A DNA stretch of 64,000 nt, taken from Nannocystis bainbridge (GTDB lineage Bacteria; Myxococcota_A; Polyangia; Nannocystales; Nannocystaceae). Every line of letters begins with the position of its first letter. Positions within the stretch are counted from its first letter, which is position 1. The position numbers were made by a program, and so were the translations under genes. The DNA lies in NCBI RefSeq assembly GCF_028368995.1, contig NZ_JAQNDL010000001.1, positions 3,296,001-3,360,000 on the forward strand, read 5' to 3'. The notes below the pieces were generated by a model that was given only the letters and a program-made list of their open reading frames with translations, ran no database searches and was not told the origin of the DNA. Positions 1-11,802 of this stretch are shown piece by piece.

Positions 1-371
1 CCCCCGAGCTGCGGCGGGCCCTCGCGACCGCGCGCGTGACGGTGCTGCTGATCTCGCCGGGCTTCCTGGCCTCGGAGTTCATCACCGAGCACCGCCTGCC
101 GATGCTGCTGGCCGCGCAGCCGCACCCGCGCGCCGCGGTCCAGTGCCTCTACATGCGCCCGGCGATGGACGCGTTCGTCGAGTTCACGTTCGCCGACCCG
201 CGGACCCACCAGGCCCGCAGCGTCCGGATCTCGAGCTTCTACGGCCTCAACGACCCGATGAAGCCGGTGGCCGCGTTCGACCGCCGCGGCCGCGCCGAGA
301 TCCTCGCCAACGCGGCCGAAGAGATCATCCGCGCCGCCCACCGCGCGCCGGTGACGAGCCTCGAGGCCTGA
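1..371 (+). CDS. TIR-like domain protein, 3' part (5' end lies outside the window)
   Basis: Frame open from the window edge; 'VTVLLISPGFLASEFI..HRLPMLL' matches the bacterial TIR_2 pattern (vlliSpdflaSdfi..ElP.ll). Confidence 0.55.
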   Translation, partial: PELRRALATARVTVLLISPGFLASEFITEHRLPMLLAAQPHPRAAVQCLYMRPAMDAFVEFTFADPRTHQARSVRISSFYGLNDPMKPVAAFDRRGRAEILANAAEEIIRAAHRAPVTSLEA

Positions 372-545
372 CCCGAATCACATGTCCCCAGGGACAGGAT
401 CGGGGGCGGCCCCGGGGCGGCATTGCCCGGGCGGCGCCGGCGAACCGGGCGACGGTCGGCTCGCCGGCGGTGCGGCCCGGCTTGTGTCGCCTGCGGGCGA
501 CGATCTATCCTCGCCTCGCCGCGTCCGTCCGGGCGTTTCCGCTCC

Positions 546-1490
546 ATGCTGAACTCGCTGGCGACCTCGTGTTCGCGCGCCCGCTGGTGCGGGGTGGTCG
601 TCGCCGCGGCGCTGGCGGGGCCGACGAAGGTCGCAGCGGCCCCCGAGCCGGCGCCGATCTCCGAGGCCGCCCAGAGCGCCTACGACCGCGGCCTGGCCGA
701 GCGCGACGCCGGCCGGTTCCCCACGGCCGCGCGCGAGTTCGCGGCCGCCTACGCGCAGATCTCCGTCAGCCAGCGCGAGCTGCGGGCCGCCGTGCTGTTC
801 GACCTCGTCGACGCCCACCGCGGCGCCTACACGGCCGGCGGCGAGCGCCGCGGCAACGAGCACCCGGCCGCGCACCTGTGCGCCGCCGACCGGGCCCTGG
901 CCGACTTCATCGAGACCGAGCAGGAGCGCAAGCGCGGCCGCAAGTCGCCCGACATGGTCAAGGCGACCGGGCTGCGTGAGGAGGTCCGGAAGGACTTCAT
1001 GACCGCCAAGGCCCGCGAGGCCGACCTCGACTGCGCCGCGCTCGAGCTGCCGCGGGTGGTCGAGAAGCAGGAGGCCCTGCCCCCGCCGCCGAGCGAGGCG
1101 CCCCGCCAGCCGCGCGACCCCGACAAGCTGCTGATCGCCGGCGGGGTGACGGCCGGGGTCGGGCTGGCGCTGCTCGGGCTGATGGTCGGTGGCCTGGTCC
1201 GCGGCCAGCGCACCGAGGCCCGCGGCGCGGCGCTGGTGCAGGGGATGCCGGGGCTTTCGCCTGACGACCCGCAGCTGGCCGAGCTCGAGCGGCGCGGTCA
1301 CGGCGACAACGCGATGGCGGTGATCGGCGGGGTGTTCGGCTCGCTGGCGCTCGGCGCCGGGGTGGCCCTGCTGGTGATCGGCGCGCGGGCCAAGAAGGCG
1401 TCCGGACGGGCGGCCGAGCCGGCGCCGGTCGCCGTGTGGCCGGTGGCCTCGCCCGCGGGCGGCGGCGCGGCCCTGCGCTGGCGGTTCTGA
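546..1490 (+). CDS. Secreted/membrane protein with TPR-like helical N-terminus and C-terminal hydrophobic segments (myxobacterial kinase-associated type)
   Basis: Signal-like N-terminus, 'AYDRGLAERDAGRFPTAAREFAAAY' helix, two Gly-rich TM segments, C-terminal 'LRWRF'; start uncertain (423 or 546). Confidence 0.6.
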   Translation: MLNSLATSCSRARWCGVVVAAALAGPTKVAAAPEPAPISEAAQSAYDRGLAERDAGRFPTAAREFAAAYAQISVSQRELRAAVLFDLVDAHRGAYTAGGERRGNEHPAAHLCAADRALADFIETEQERKRGRKSPDMVKATGLREEVRKDFMTAKAREADLDCAALELPRVVEKQEALPPPPSEAPRQPRDPDKLLIAGGVTAGVGLALLGLMVGGLVRGQRTEARGAALVQGMPGLSPDDPQLAELERRGHGDNAMAVIGGVFGSLALGAGVALLVIGARAKKASGRAAEPAPVAVWPVASPAGGGAALRWRF

Positions 1491-1583
1491 CGCGCCCGGC
1501 TGTCTCTCGGGACAGATGATCCTCGCTTCATGCGCCGGCCGCGAGGATCGGGGCAGCGACTTCCGCTATGCTGGGGCGGCCCG

Positions 1584-3224
1584 ATGCGTTCGCGTTCTTC
1601 CGGCCCGCGCAGGTCGAGCGGCCCCGGGGCCGGGATGTGGCCCGCCGAAGCGGACCCGTTGCTCGGCCACACCCTGGCCGACCGCTACAAGCTCGAGCGG
1701 GCGATCGGCCACGGCGGGATGGGCACGGTCTACCGCGCCGAGCACGTCGTGATCCGCAAGCCGGTCGCGGTCAAGGTGCTCGACGCGGCCCACAGCGAGC
1801 GCCGCCGCGAGGTCGAACGCTTCCTCAACGAGGCGCGCGCGGCCTCGAAGATCCGCCACGAGCACGTGGTCGACATCACCGACTTCGGCTCGACCGACGA
1901 CGGCCTGGTGTTCCTGGTGATGGAGTACCTCGAAGGCGAGGACCTGGCGAGCACCGGCGATCGCGAGGGGGCGCTGCCGTGGCGGCGGGCGGCGGCGATC
2001 GTGCTGCAGATCGCCGCGGCGCTGGAGGCCGCACACGCGCAGGGGATCGTGCACCGCGACATGAAGCCGGAGAACTGCTTCCGGATCCGCCGCGGCAACG
2101 ACCCGGACTTCATCAAGGTGCTCGACTTCGGGATCGCCAAGATGCTCGAAGACAGCGACGTCGAGCACCCGTCGAGCGCGAGCAGCGGGCTGCTCGGCAC
2201 GCCGGAGTACCTGGCGCCGGAGCTGATCCGCGGGCTCAAGCCGGACGCACGCGTCGACATCTACGCGGTCGGGGTGATGTTCTACGACCTGATGGTCGGC
2301 CGGCTGCCGTTCGCCGGCGAGAGCTTCATGTCGACGCTCACCGCCCATCTGATGCAGCTGCCGCAGCCGCCGTCGCAGGCCCGACCGGCGGCGGAGATCC
2401 CAGAGGCGGTCGACACCGTGGTCCTGCGCGCGCTGGCCAAGGACCGCGACCAGCGCTACGCGACGATCGGCGAGTTCTCGACGGCCCTGCGCGCCGCGAT
2501 CGCCGAGGCCGACGCCGCCCTGGCGCCGCCGCCCCCGCCGCTGCCGCCCCCGCCCGTGCCCGAGAAGCGCGGGATCCACCCGCGCGTGGCGATCGCGGCC
2601 GGCGTGGCGCTCCTGGTCGTGTTCTCGGCTGTCCTTTGGACCATGGCCAAGAGGTTCTATACGAAGGACCAGGTCGAGGCCGCCGCGGTCGTCTCGGCGC
2701 CGAACGTCGCGGCGCCGGCGTTCAACCCCGCACCAGTGATCAACGAGGCGCCGCTGCCCGTCGCGCCGGCCGTCGCGCCGGCGAAGCTCGAGGCCCCCGC
2801 GCCCGAGGCTCCCACGCCCGCGGCCGTGGAGGTCGCAGTGCCCGACGTCGAGGCGGTCGAGCCGGTCGATTCGGTCGCCGCTGCCGAGAGCGACACCGAC
2901 GCCGCGCCCGAGCCGCCGCGAGGTCCGACCGCCGCGCCGAAGGGTCCGCGCAGCGGGCCGGGGCCGCTGACGGCCGGCGAGTTCACGGCGGCGATGACCA
3001 AGGTGGGCGCGCGGGTCAAGCTCGAGTGCTCGCGGTTCTCGCTGCGCAAGATGGAGGTGACGGTGCAGGTGATCGTCGGGGCCGACGGCACCGTCAAGAG
3101 CGCGGCGCCGACCGGTTCGCAGGCGGGCAGCACGCTCGGCAACTGCGTGGCGCGGGTGGTCAAGACGGCGCTGCTGCGGGCGACGCGGGCCAAGTCGACG
3201 CATCGGCACACGTTCACGATGTGA
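1584..3224 (+). CDS. Hanks-type Ser/Thr protein kinase with TM segment and AgmX/PglI-like C-terminal domain
   Basis: GHGGMGTVY, VAVK, HRDMKPEN, DFG and GTPEYLAPE motifs; TM helix; C-terminal 'VIVGADGTVKSA...LGNCVARVV'; start uncertain. Confidence 0.9.
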   Translation: MRSRSSGPRRSSGPGAGMWPAEADPLLGHTLADRYKLERAIGHGGMGTVYRAEHVVIRKPVAVKVLDAAHSERRREVERFLNEARAASKIRHEHVVDITDFGSTDDGLVFLVMEYLEGEDLASTGDREGALPWRRAAAIVLQIAAALEAAHAQGIVHRDMKPENCFRIRRGNDPDFIKVLDFGIAKMLEDSDVEHPSSASSGLLGTPEYLAPELIRGLKPDARVDIYAVGVMFYDLMVGRLPFAGESFMSTLTAHLMQLPQPPSQARPAAEIPEAVDTVVLRALAKDRDQRYATIGEFSTALRAAIAEADAALAPPPPPLPPPPVPEKRGIHPRVAIAAGVALLVVFSAVLWTMAKRFYTKDQVEAAAVVSAPNVAAPAFNPAPVINEAPLPVAPAVAPAKLEAPAPEAPTPAAVEVAVPDVEAVEPVDSVAAAESDTDAAPEPPRGPTAAPKGPRSGPGPLTAGEFTAAMTKVGARVKLECSRFSLRKMEVTVQVIVGADGTVKSAAPTGSQAGSTLGNCVARVVKTALLRATRAKSTHRHTFTM

Positions 3225-3237
3225 TAGCGTCGCGGCG

Positions 3238-4011
3238 ATGAAGCGACTCACGGGCAAGCGGGCGCTGGTCACCGGCGCGACCAGCGGGATCGGTCGGGCC
3301 ATCGCGCTGCGGTTCGCGGAGGAGGGCGCGAGCCTGGCGATCACCGGGCGGCGGCTCGAGCGGCTGACCGAGACCGCCGAGCGGGCGCGGGCGGCCGGCG
3401 CCGAGGTGGTGGCGATCGCCGCCGAGCACACCCGCGGCGAGGACAACGAGCGCGTCGTCGACGAGGCGCTGCGGGGCCTCGGCGGCCTCGACGTGCTGGT
3501 CAACGCCGCCGGGGTGATCGGCAACGACTCGCTGCTCGACAGCCCGAAGCCCGACGAGTGGCGGCGGATCATGGACTGCAACCTCGAGGCGGTCTACGAC
3601 CTGACCCGAAGGGCAGCCCCGTCGCTGGCCCTTGGCCGCAATCCTTCGATCATCAACCTGTCGAGCATCGCCGGCCTGCGCCCCTACCCGACGATCCTGG
3701 CCTACTGCGTCAGCAAGGCCGCGCTCGACATGCTGACCCAGTGCCTCGCGCTCGAGCTGGCGCCGCGCGGGGTCCGGGTCAACGCGATCTGCCCGGGCGT
3801 GGTCGTCAGCGAGCTGCACACCGCCACCGGCGCGGTCGCCGACTACGCGGCGTTCCTCGAGCGCGCCAAGTCGACCCACCCGCTCGGCCGCCCCGGCCAG
3901 CCGGACGAGATCGCCGCCCTGGCGGCGTTCCTCGTCAGCGACGAGGCCGGCTGGATCACCGGCGGCCTGCACACGATCGACGGCGGCCGCACCCTGACCT
4001 CGCTGCGCTGA
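3238..4011 (+). CDS. SDR family oxidoreductase
   Basis: TGATSGIG, VNAAG, YCVSK (YxxxK), VNAICPG motifs. Confidence 0.92.
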   Translation: MKRLTGKRALVTGATSGIGRAIALRFAEEGASLAITGRRLERLTETAERARAAGAEVVAIAAEHTRGEDNERVVDEALRGLGGLDVLVNAAGVIGNDSLLDSPKPDEWRRIMDCNLEAVYDLTRRAAPSLALGRNPSIINLSSIAGLRPYPTILAYCVSKAALDMLTQCLALELAPRGVRVNAICPGVVVSELHTATGAVADYAAFLERAKSTHPLGRPGQPDEIAALAAFLVSDEAGWITGGLHTIDGGRTLTSLR

Positions 4012-4056
4012 GCGCTGAGCCGCGAGCCGGGCCCATCAGCTATGACGCCTCGCTAA

Positions 4057-4116
4057 TGTCCCTCGGGACATGTCTCACTGAACATGCCCGCGAAGACATG
4101 TCCTTCGGGACATGTC
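4057..4116. repeat. Tandem array of TGTC-N6-GACA-like 14-bp units
   Basis: TGTCcctcggGACA TGTCtcactgAACA TGCCcgcgaaGACA TGTCcttcggGACA TGTC. Confidence 0.85.
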
Positions 4117-4117
4117 C

Positions 4118-4765
4118 TCAGGGCTTGTCGATGCCGAGCCTGGCTGCGACCGCCGGGTCCTCGACCGGATAGACCTCTTCGCGCGGGGTGACCAGCGCCT
4201 CGCGGTCGCCCTCGAACCACTCCCGGCGCTGCCTGGCCACGAACGCCGAGATGTCTTCGATCTCGACCAGCCACTCGTGCGCGTAGGCGGCGAGCGTAGG
4301 GCCGCGCAGGCCGAGCTGGATCGCCCGCCGCTCCTGCTTGTCGCCCGAGGGCCCGTGGTCCGGGTCCCACTGCAGGCGCACGTCGGAGCTCTTGCCGAGC
4401 CGCTCCCACGCCTGCCGATCGGCGTAGACCCCGGGCTCGTGGGACGAGTGGATCGCCTGCGCGAGAATTTTATTAAAGGCTTCGCGGCGGATGCGGACGG
4501 CCAGCGTCACCTCCTGGCCCTCCTTCGTGCCCCAGCCCGATCTGTACATCATCCACAAAAAATTGGGCTTCACCCACGACATGCGCTCGAGGCTGAAGGG
4601 CCCGCCGAAGCGCTGGTGCTGGGCCGCCCAGTGCCCGATCTCCGGGCGGTACGCCTGGTACACCACGATCGTCTCGGCGTCGAACTGGGCCAGGATGTGG
4701 CGGCCCGATCGTGGCCAGCGGTCGCGTTGCAAGTTGTAAGGTTCAGTGATCAGCTTCATGGTCAT
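4118..4765 (-). CDS. DUF4291 family protein
   Basis: 'TIVVYQAY', 'RMSWVKPNFLWMMYRSGWG.KEGQE', 'VRLQWDPDH', 'RRAIQLGL'; real start taken as ATG 4765 or 4759, not the long ORF start. Confidence 0.85.
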   Translation of the reverse strand: MTMKLITEPYNLQRDRWPRSGRHILAQFDAETIVVYQAYRPEIGHWAAQHQRFGGPFSLERMSWVKPNFLWMMYRSGWGTKEGQEVTLAVRIRREAFNKILAQAIHSSHEPGVYADRQAWERLGKSSDVRLQWDPDHGPSGDKQERRAIQLGLRGPTLAAYAHEWLVEIEDISAFVARQRREWFEGDREALVTPREEVYPVEDPAVAARLGIDKP

Positions 4766-4785
4766 ATTCTTATTAAAAAAGTCTT

Positions 4786-5607
4786 TCAGGACATGTCGTC
4801 GGGGACAGGTCCCTTGAAGTGGCAAAATTCGAGGTGGATGGTCGCGCCGATCGCCAGCATGTGCGCGGTGAGGTTCGGGTCGGCCTCGGCGACGATGCCC
4901 ATGCCTGGCAGATCTGGCCGCGCGTGCGGGCGCAGGCCGGCGAGCAGCGGCGCCGCGAAGGCCGGCTCGGCGACGCGGAACGGAAAGGCGCCGGGGAAGT
5001 CGGGGTTGAACGACGCGAACCCGAGGTGCACCGCCGCCGGCTCGGCGGGGTCGACGAGGCGCATCAAGACGCGTCCGGCCTCGCGGCCCCCGGCGAGTTG
5101 CCCGCCCGGCAGCGCGAACGCGGCCTCGATCACCGGCTCCTCGAGCGGCTCGATCGCCCGCGTGGTGAGCAGCTTGCGCGGAGCCGGCAGCGCCTCGGTC
5201 TGGGCCCACGTGAAGCGCAGCGCGGTCGAGCGATAGGCCTCGCGCATGCCGAGGCGCTGATAGAGACCGACGGCGGGCAGGTTGCCGGGCTTGACGTTGA
5301 GGCACCAGGTCGCGCAGCCGGTCGCGCGCAGCTCGGCGGCGACGGCCCGCAACATGGCGAGGCCGAGGCCGCGGCCGCGGTGCCCGGCCGCGACGATGAC
5401 GTGGCGGATGTAGCCGACGCCGGCCAGGCGCTCGAAGAACAGGTAACCGACCGCGACGCCGTGCTGGTCGAAGAACCAGGTGTTGGGGGCGATCTCGGCG
5501 GCCCAGTGCGCGGGCGAGGGGACCGGGTCGCCGGTGTCGAGTTCGGGGAAGAGGCGGGCGAACGCGGGGTAGTCGTCGCCGCCCGCGAGACGGTGCGCGA
5601 GGACCAT
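4786..5607 (-). CDS. GNAT family N-acetyltransferase
   Basis: Motif A 'VAAGHRGRGLG' and 'LNVKPGNLPAVGLYQRLG'. Confidence 0.85.
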   Translation of the reverse strand: MVLAHRLAGGDDYPAFARLFPELDTGDPVPSPAHWAAEIAPNTWFFDQHGVAVGYLFFERLAGVGYIRHVIVAAGHRGRGLGLAMLRAVAAELRATGCATWCLNVKPGNLPAVGLYQRLGMREAYRSTALRFTWAQTEALPAPRKLLTTRAIEPLEEPVIEAAFALPGGQLAGGREAGRVLMRLVDPAEPAAVHLGFASFNPDFPGAFPFRVAEPAFAAPLLAGLRPHARPDLPGMGIVAEADPNLTAHMLAIGATIHLEFCHFKGPVPDDMS

Positions 5608-5844
5608 GACCGCGAGGGTAGCAGGTCGCGCGCCCGCGGACGCGACCGCCGGGCGACGCGCCAGCGTGGCCGTCGCTCGCGCTCGAAAGCACTCGAGGCG
5701 CTCGTCGGTGCGTCCGCCGGGAAGGCTCGCGGGAGAGCGTGCTCGCGACGCGGGGATGCCTCCTGCGCTCGGCCTCGGCGAAGTCTTGCTGCGCCGCTCC
5801 GGAGCGGTTGAATTTCACCGCCCGCGGCACTACGGTCCCGCGTC

Positions 5845-8800
5845 GTGTCGGCGCGCGCTCTCCTGCTGGCGATCGGTCTGGTCGCGGGCGCGGCCGGCGA
5901 GGCGCGGGCGGCCCCGGCGTGGCGCCTCGACGGGGCCGCGACCCCGAAGGCGCTCGCGCCCGGGCAGCGGGTCACCGTGCGCGTGGCGGTGACGAACCTG
6001 AGCCGAGAGACATGGTCCGAAGGCCAGCAGGACCACCTCTCCTATCACTGGGAGGACCCGGCCGGCGCGATTCTCGAGCGCGACGGGGCGCGCACGCGGC
6101 TGCCCTTCGCCGTCGGACCGGGCGAGACCGTCGCGCTGGCGGCGACTCTGGCCGCGCCGGCGAGCGCCGGCCGCTACGTGCTGCGCTGGGCGCTCGTGCG
6201 CGAGAACGCGTTCTGGTACGACCCGCCGGTCGGGGGCGGCGACGCGGTCGCGGTCGACGTCGGGCCCGCGCCCGGGACCTGGTCGATCGAGCCGATGGAG
6301 GCGCCGGCGGAGGTCGCCGCCGGGGCGCGGGCGACTGCGCGGGTCCGGCTGTGCAACACCGGCGCGAACGCGTGGCGAGCCGAGCTCGGCGACGCGCTCG
6401 GCTACCACTGGCTCGGCGCCGAGGGTCAGCGGCTCGAGGGCGTGCGCACCGCCCTGCCGGCCGCGGTGGAGCCGGGCGGCTGCGTGGTCCTGCCCGCCGA
6501 GCTGCGCGCGCCGGCGCTGCCGGGCCCGTACACGCTGGTGTGGCAGCCCGTCCGCGAGGGCGTGGCCTGGTACGGACCCGGCGCCGGCGAGGCCGCGGCG
6601 GCGGTGCGGGTCGGCGCCCCGCGCGACGCGTTCGCGGCGCTGTCGCTGAGCCTGCCGCCGCTGCAGGCCGGGCTGCCGGCGCTCGGCCAGCTGACGCTCG
6701 AGAACCGCGGCGAGGACACCTGGCTCCCGGGACATGCCCTCAAGGTCAGTTATGTTTGGACAGGTCCCGAAGGACATGTCCTCGAGGGCATCCGCACCGA
6801 GCTGGCCGAAGCGGTCGAGCCGGGCGAGGTCGTCGAGCTCGAGCTGCGGGTGCGCCCGCCCGACGCCCCCGGCGCCCACGTGCTGGCGCCGCGGCTGGTC
6901 CGCGAGGGCGAGGGGTGGATCGCGCCCGAGCGCGAGCTGGCGGCCGCGGCGGTCATCGGTCCGCCGGCGCTGGCGTGGCAGGTGGTCGAGGCCGCGTGGC
7001 CGGCCCGGCTGGCGGCGACCGGCACCGACGCGTTCGCGGTCACGGTCCGCAACACCGGCGCCGAGCCGTGGTCGCCGGCCGCGGGCGATCGCCTGTCGTA
7101 CCGCTGGCGCACCGAGGACGGCGCGCCGCTGCAGCACGAGGGCATGCGCACCGAGCTGCCGCACCCGGTCGCGCCGGGCGAGACGGCGACCGTGCAGGTC
7201 CGCGTGGCCGGGCCGCCGCGCGCGGGCAGCTACACCCTGGCGCTGGCGATGGTGCGCGAGCAGGTGCGGTGGTTCCCGCCGCCGACCGGCGGTCCTTCGG
7301 AACATGTCCTGAAGGTCACGTTGCGCGCGGCCTGGTGGCAGTCGGCGCTGGTGCTGGTGACGTTGGTGATGGTGCTGGCGGCCCGGCGCCGGCGGCCGCA
7401 GCCGGGGTCGTGGCGGTGGGCGGCGCTCGAGCTGGTGCCGGCGCTGTGGCTGTGGGCGGCCATGGCGAGCCTCGGGGCGACGTTCCACGAGCTGGCGGCG
7501 ATCGAGCTGTGGCAGGGCGGCCGCGCGGCGGCGATCGGGGCGGCGGCGGTGCCGGGGCTCATCGTGCTGCTGGCGCCGGGCCGGCTGCGGCCGTGGCTGG
7601 CGTTCTTGCTGGCTCTCGGGACAGCCGTGCTGCTGCTGGCCGACCTGCTTTACATGCACGTGCTCGGGGCGATCGTGCCGGTGCAGGCGCTGGCCGGGGC
7701 GCACCTGGTCGGGGACATCGGCGCCAGCGTCAAGGCGCTGCTGCGGCCCGAGTACGCCTGGCTGGCCGCGGCGCCGCTGGCCGGGCTGATCCTCGCGGGC
7801 GCGTGGCCGCGGGCGCGCGGACCAGAGCGAGCGAGCGCGCGGGCCCGCAGGCGAGCGACGCTCGCGGGCCTGCTGACGATGTCGCTGGCGTCGCTGCCGA
7901 TCGCGGTGAGCCTCGGCGGGGCGATGCGCAGCGGCCTCGGCTCGCGCGTGTTCTCCGAGCAACACAACGCCGGCCGCTTCGGCGTGCTCGGGGCGCACCT
8001 GTTCGACGTGGTCCGCACGCTCGCCGGCGCCGTCGGCCAGCGCGCATTGACGGCCGAGGAGCAGGCCGAGATCGCGGCGTTCTTCGCCGCCCGCGAGCCG
8101 TCGCGCGCCCCGGGCTTCGGCGCGGCGCGCGGGGCCAACTTGCTGGTGATCCAGGCCGAGGCGCTGCAGGGCTGGACGATCGGCGCCAGCGTGGCGGGCC
8201 AGGAGATCACGCCGTTTTTGAACCGCCTGCGCCGGCGTGCGCTCTACTACGCGGCGGTGGTCGACATCACCGGCCAGGGCATGACCTCGGACGCGGAGTA
8301 TGCGATCCTCAATTCGCAGTACCCGCTGGGCCAGGGCGCCGTGGCGTTCCTGCGCGCCGGCAACCGGTTCGAGACGGTCGCCCACGCGCTCCAGGCGGCC
8401 GGCTACGCGACGCTGTCGGCCCACCCGTTCAAGCGCGGGTTCTGGAACCGGGCCACGCTGCACCCGCGCTACGGCTTCGAGCGCTCGCTGTTCGACCGCG
8501 AGCTCGGCCCGGGGCCGACGATCGGCTGGGGCCTGGCCGACGAGGCGTTCTTCGCCCGCATGCTGCCGGAGCTGGCGGCCGCGCCGAAGCCGTTCTTCGC
8601 GTTCCTGGTGACGCTGAGCCTGCACCACCCGTACGACGAGTTCCCGCCGGGCCTGCGCCGGCTACAGCTGGGCCCGCTCGAGGGCACGAACCTCGGCAAC
8701 TACCTCCACGGGATCCACCACCTCGACGCGGCCCTGGCCGAGCTGTTCGCCGGGCTCGAGGCGGCTGGCCTCGCGGACAGCACGGCGGTGGCGATCTACG

Positions 8801-9288
8801 GCGACCACGACGCGCGGCTCGGGGTGACGCCGGAGATCGCGGCGCTCGCCGGCGAGCCGGCCGGGTCGCCGTCGCTGCCGCTCCGGCTCGAGCGGGTGCC
8901 CGGGTTCCTGGTCTTGCCCAAGGGACAGGTCCTCGGCGAGGTCGACGCCGTCGGCAGCCACGTCGACCTGGCGCCGACCTGGCTGCACTACCTCGGCGTG
9001 CCGGCGCCGCCCGCCTTTGTCGGCCGACCGCTGGTCCCGGCTCGGGCCGGCCCGGGGGTGGCCGCCCTCCCCGACGGCTCGGCCGTGGCCGACGATCGCC
9101 TGTTCGCGGTCGCCGGGCGCGACATCCCACCCGGCGGGGCCTGTTTCACGGCCGCGGGCGCCCGGACCGAGCGGGAGGCCTGCGCCGACCTGGTGCAGCG
9201 GGCCCGCCGCGCGCTGGCGGTGTCGCGGGCGATCGCCGATCACGACCTCGCGCGGGCGCTCCCTTCGAGGACGGAGCCGGGTCCGTGA
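5845..9288 (+). CDS. LTA synthase (LtaS)-family sulfatase-fold protein with four N-terminal NBR1-Ig-like repeats
   Basis: Signal peptide; four 'N.g..tW....LsYhW....RT.LP..V.PGE' repeats; TM block; 'NLLVIQAEALQ', 'ITPFLN', 'GQGMTSDAEY', 'LSLHHPY', 'YGDH'. Confidence 0.85.
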   Translation: MSARALLLAIGLVAGAAGEARAAPAWRLDGAATPKALAPGQRVTVRVAVTNLSRETWSEGQQDHLSYHWEDPAGAILERDGARTRLPFAVGPGETVALAATLAAPASAGRYVLRWALVRENAFWYDPPVGGGDAVAVDVGPAPGTWSIEPMEAPAEVAAGARATARVRLCNTGANAWRAELGDALGYHWLGAEGQRLEGVRTALPAAVEPGGCVVLPAELRAPALPGPYTLVWQPVREGVAWYGPGAGEAAAAVRVGAPRDAFAALSLSLPPLQAGLPALGQLTLENRGEDTWLPGHALKVSYVWTGPEGHVLEGIRTELAEAVEPGEVVELELRVRPPDAPGAHVLAPRLVREGEGWIAPERELAAAAVIGPPALAWQVVEAAWPARLAATGTDAFAVTVRNTGAEPWSPAAGDRLSYRWRTEDGAPLQHEGMRTELPHPVAPGETATVQVRVAGPPRAGSYTLALAMVREQVRWFPPPTGGPSEHVLKVTLRAAWWQSALVLVTLVMVLAARRRRPQPGSWRWAALELVPALWLWAAMASLGATFHELAAIELWQGGRAAAIGAAAVPGLIVLLAPGRLRPWLAFLLALGTAVLLLADLLYMHVLGAIVPVQALAGAHLVGDIGASVKALLRPEYAWLAAAPLAGLILAGAWPRARGPERASARARRRATLAGLLTMSLASLPIAVSLGGAMRSGLGSRVFSEQHNAGRFGVLGAHLFDVVRTLAGAVGQRALTAEEQAEIAAFFAAREPSRAPGFGAARGANLLVIQAEALQGWTIGASVAGQEITPFLNRLRRRALYYAAVVDITGQGMTSDAEYAILNSQYPLGQGAVAFLRAGNRFETVAHALQAAGYATLSAHPFKRGFWNRATLHPRYGFERSLFDRELGPGPTIGWGLADEAFFARMLPELAAAPKPFFAFLVTLSLHHPYDEFPPGLRRLQLGPLEGTNLGNYLHGIHHLDAALAELFAGLEAAGLADSTAVAIYGDHDARLGVTPEIAALAGEPAGSPSLPLRLERVPGFLVLPKGQVLGEVDAVGSHVDLAPTWLHYLGVPAPPAFVGRPLVPARAGPGVAALPDGSAVADDRLFAVAGRDIPPGGACFTAAGARTEREACADLVQRARRALAVSRAIADHDLARALPSRTEPGP

Positions 9289-9307
9289 TAGCCTGAGGCG
9301 CAGCGCC

Positions 9308-10918
<1,611 letters not shown>

Positions 10919-10923
10919 GCCTC

Positions 10924-11763
10924 GTGTGCGCCCTGTTCGTCGCCGCGGTCCCGGCCGCGCCGGCCCTCGCCGCACCCGCGGATCCACCCGCCGCGAGCCC
11001 GACGCCCGCGCCTTCGCCCGCGAAGAGCCCGACCGGGCCATCCTTCAACGGCGAGACGATCGCCCGCGCGAGCCTGGCGATCGACACCAACGGGGCCGGA
11101 CCCGCAGGGCCGGTGATCCACGAGCGCCTCGACGAGGTCGGCAACCGTCAGCTGCGCCGCGCCGAGGTGCTGCCCGGCCGCGGCCCGCGGGACCCGTGGA
11201 TCCGCCTGACGGTGCGCGCCGTGCCAGGCGAAGAGCCGGGCTACGTGATCCTCTCGGGCCTCTACGTCGGCAACGACCCGGTCGGCGACAGCGTGCACGA
11301 GACGGAGTGCCGGCTGTGCACGGAGGGCGAGGCGGTCGAGCGCGGGACCTCGGAGATCGAGCGCCTGGTCCCGTTCGTCCGCGATTTCGCGGAGGCCGAG
11401 CGCGAGGCCCGGGCCAAGGCCGCGACGCCGCCGCCCGAGCCGCCGAAGCCGGTCGAGCCGCCGCCCCCGAAGGGCCTCGGCGGCCGCGGCAAGGCCGGGG
11501 TGGCGCTGCTCGCCGTCGGCGGCGTCGGCTTCTTCGTCGGCCTCGGCCTCGCGGTCCGCCAGCCGCGCCCCGACCCCGACATGCCGCTCTACGAGATCTC
11601 CACCCGCCCCGCCGGCATCGCCACCCTCGGCATCGGCCTCGCCGCCGTCGTCACCGGCGCGGTCCTGCTCGCGCTCGACCGCAAGGCCGCCAAGCGCCGG
11701 GTGTCGTGGCAGCCCAGCGTCGGCCGCGGCAGCGCCGGGCTGCTGCTGAGCGGGTCGTTCTGA
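10924..11763 (+). CDS. Hypothetical secreted/membrane protein (kinase-associated myxobacterial type)
   Basis: Signal-like start just after the kinase stop; CxxC, two C-terminal hydrophobic segments, terminal 'LSGSF'. Confidence 0.6.
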   Translation: MCALFVAAVPAAPALAAPADPPAASPTPAPSPAKSPTGPSFNGETIARASLAIDTNGAGPAGPVIHERLDEVGNRQLRRAEVLPGRGPRDPWIRLTVRAVPGEEPGYVILSGLYVGNDPVGDSVHETECRLCTEGEAVERGTSEIERLVPFVRDFAEAEREARAKAATPPPEPPKPVEPPPPKGLGGRGKAGVALLAVGGVGFFVGLGLAVRQPRPDPDMPLYEISTRPAGIATLGIGLAAVVTGAVLLALDRKAAKRRVSWQPSVGRGSAGLLLSGSF

Positions 11764-11802
11764 TCGATTTTCACTAGATCTAAGAGACAGGTTATTCGGA
11801 AC

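Noticed and set aside
1-371. TIR fragment as an anti-phage system
   Set aside because: Only the C-terminal fragment is visible and no defence partner genes are adjacent in this window.
4118-5830. 570-aa ORF suggesting a large DUF4291 fusion
   Set aside because: The N-terminal part is an off-frame shadow of the GNAT gene; the real protein begins at ~4765.
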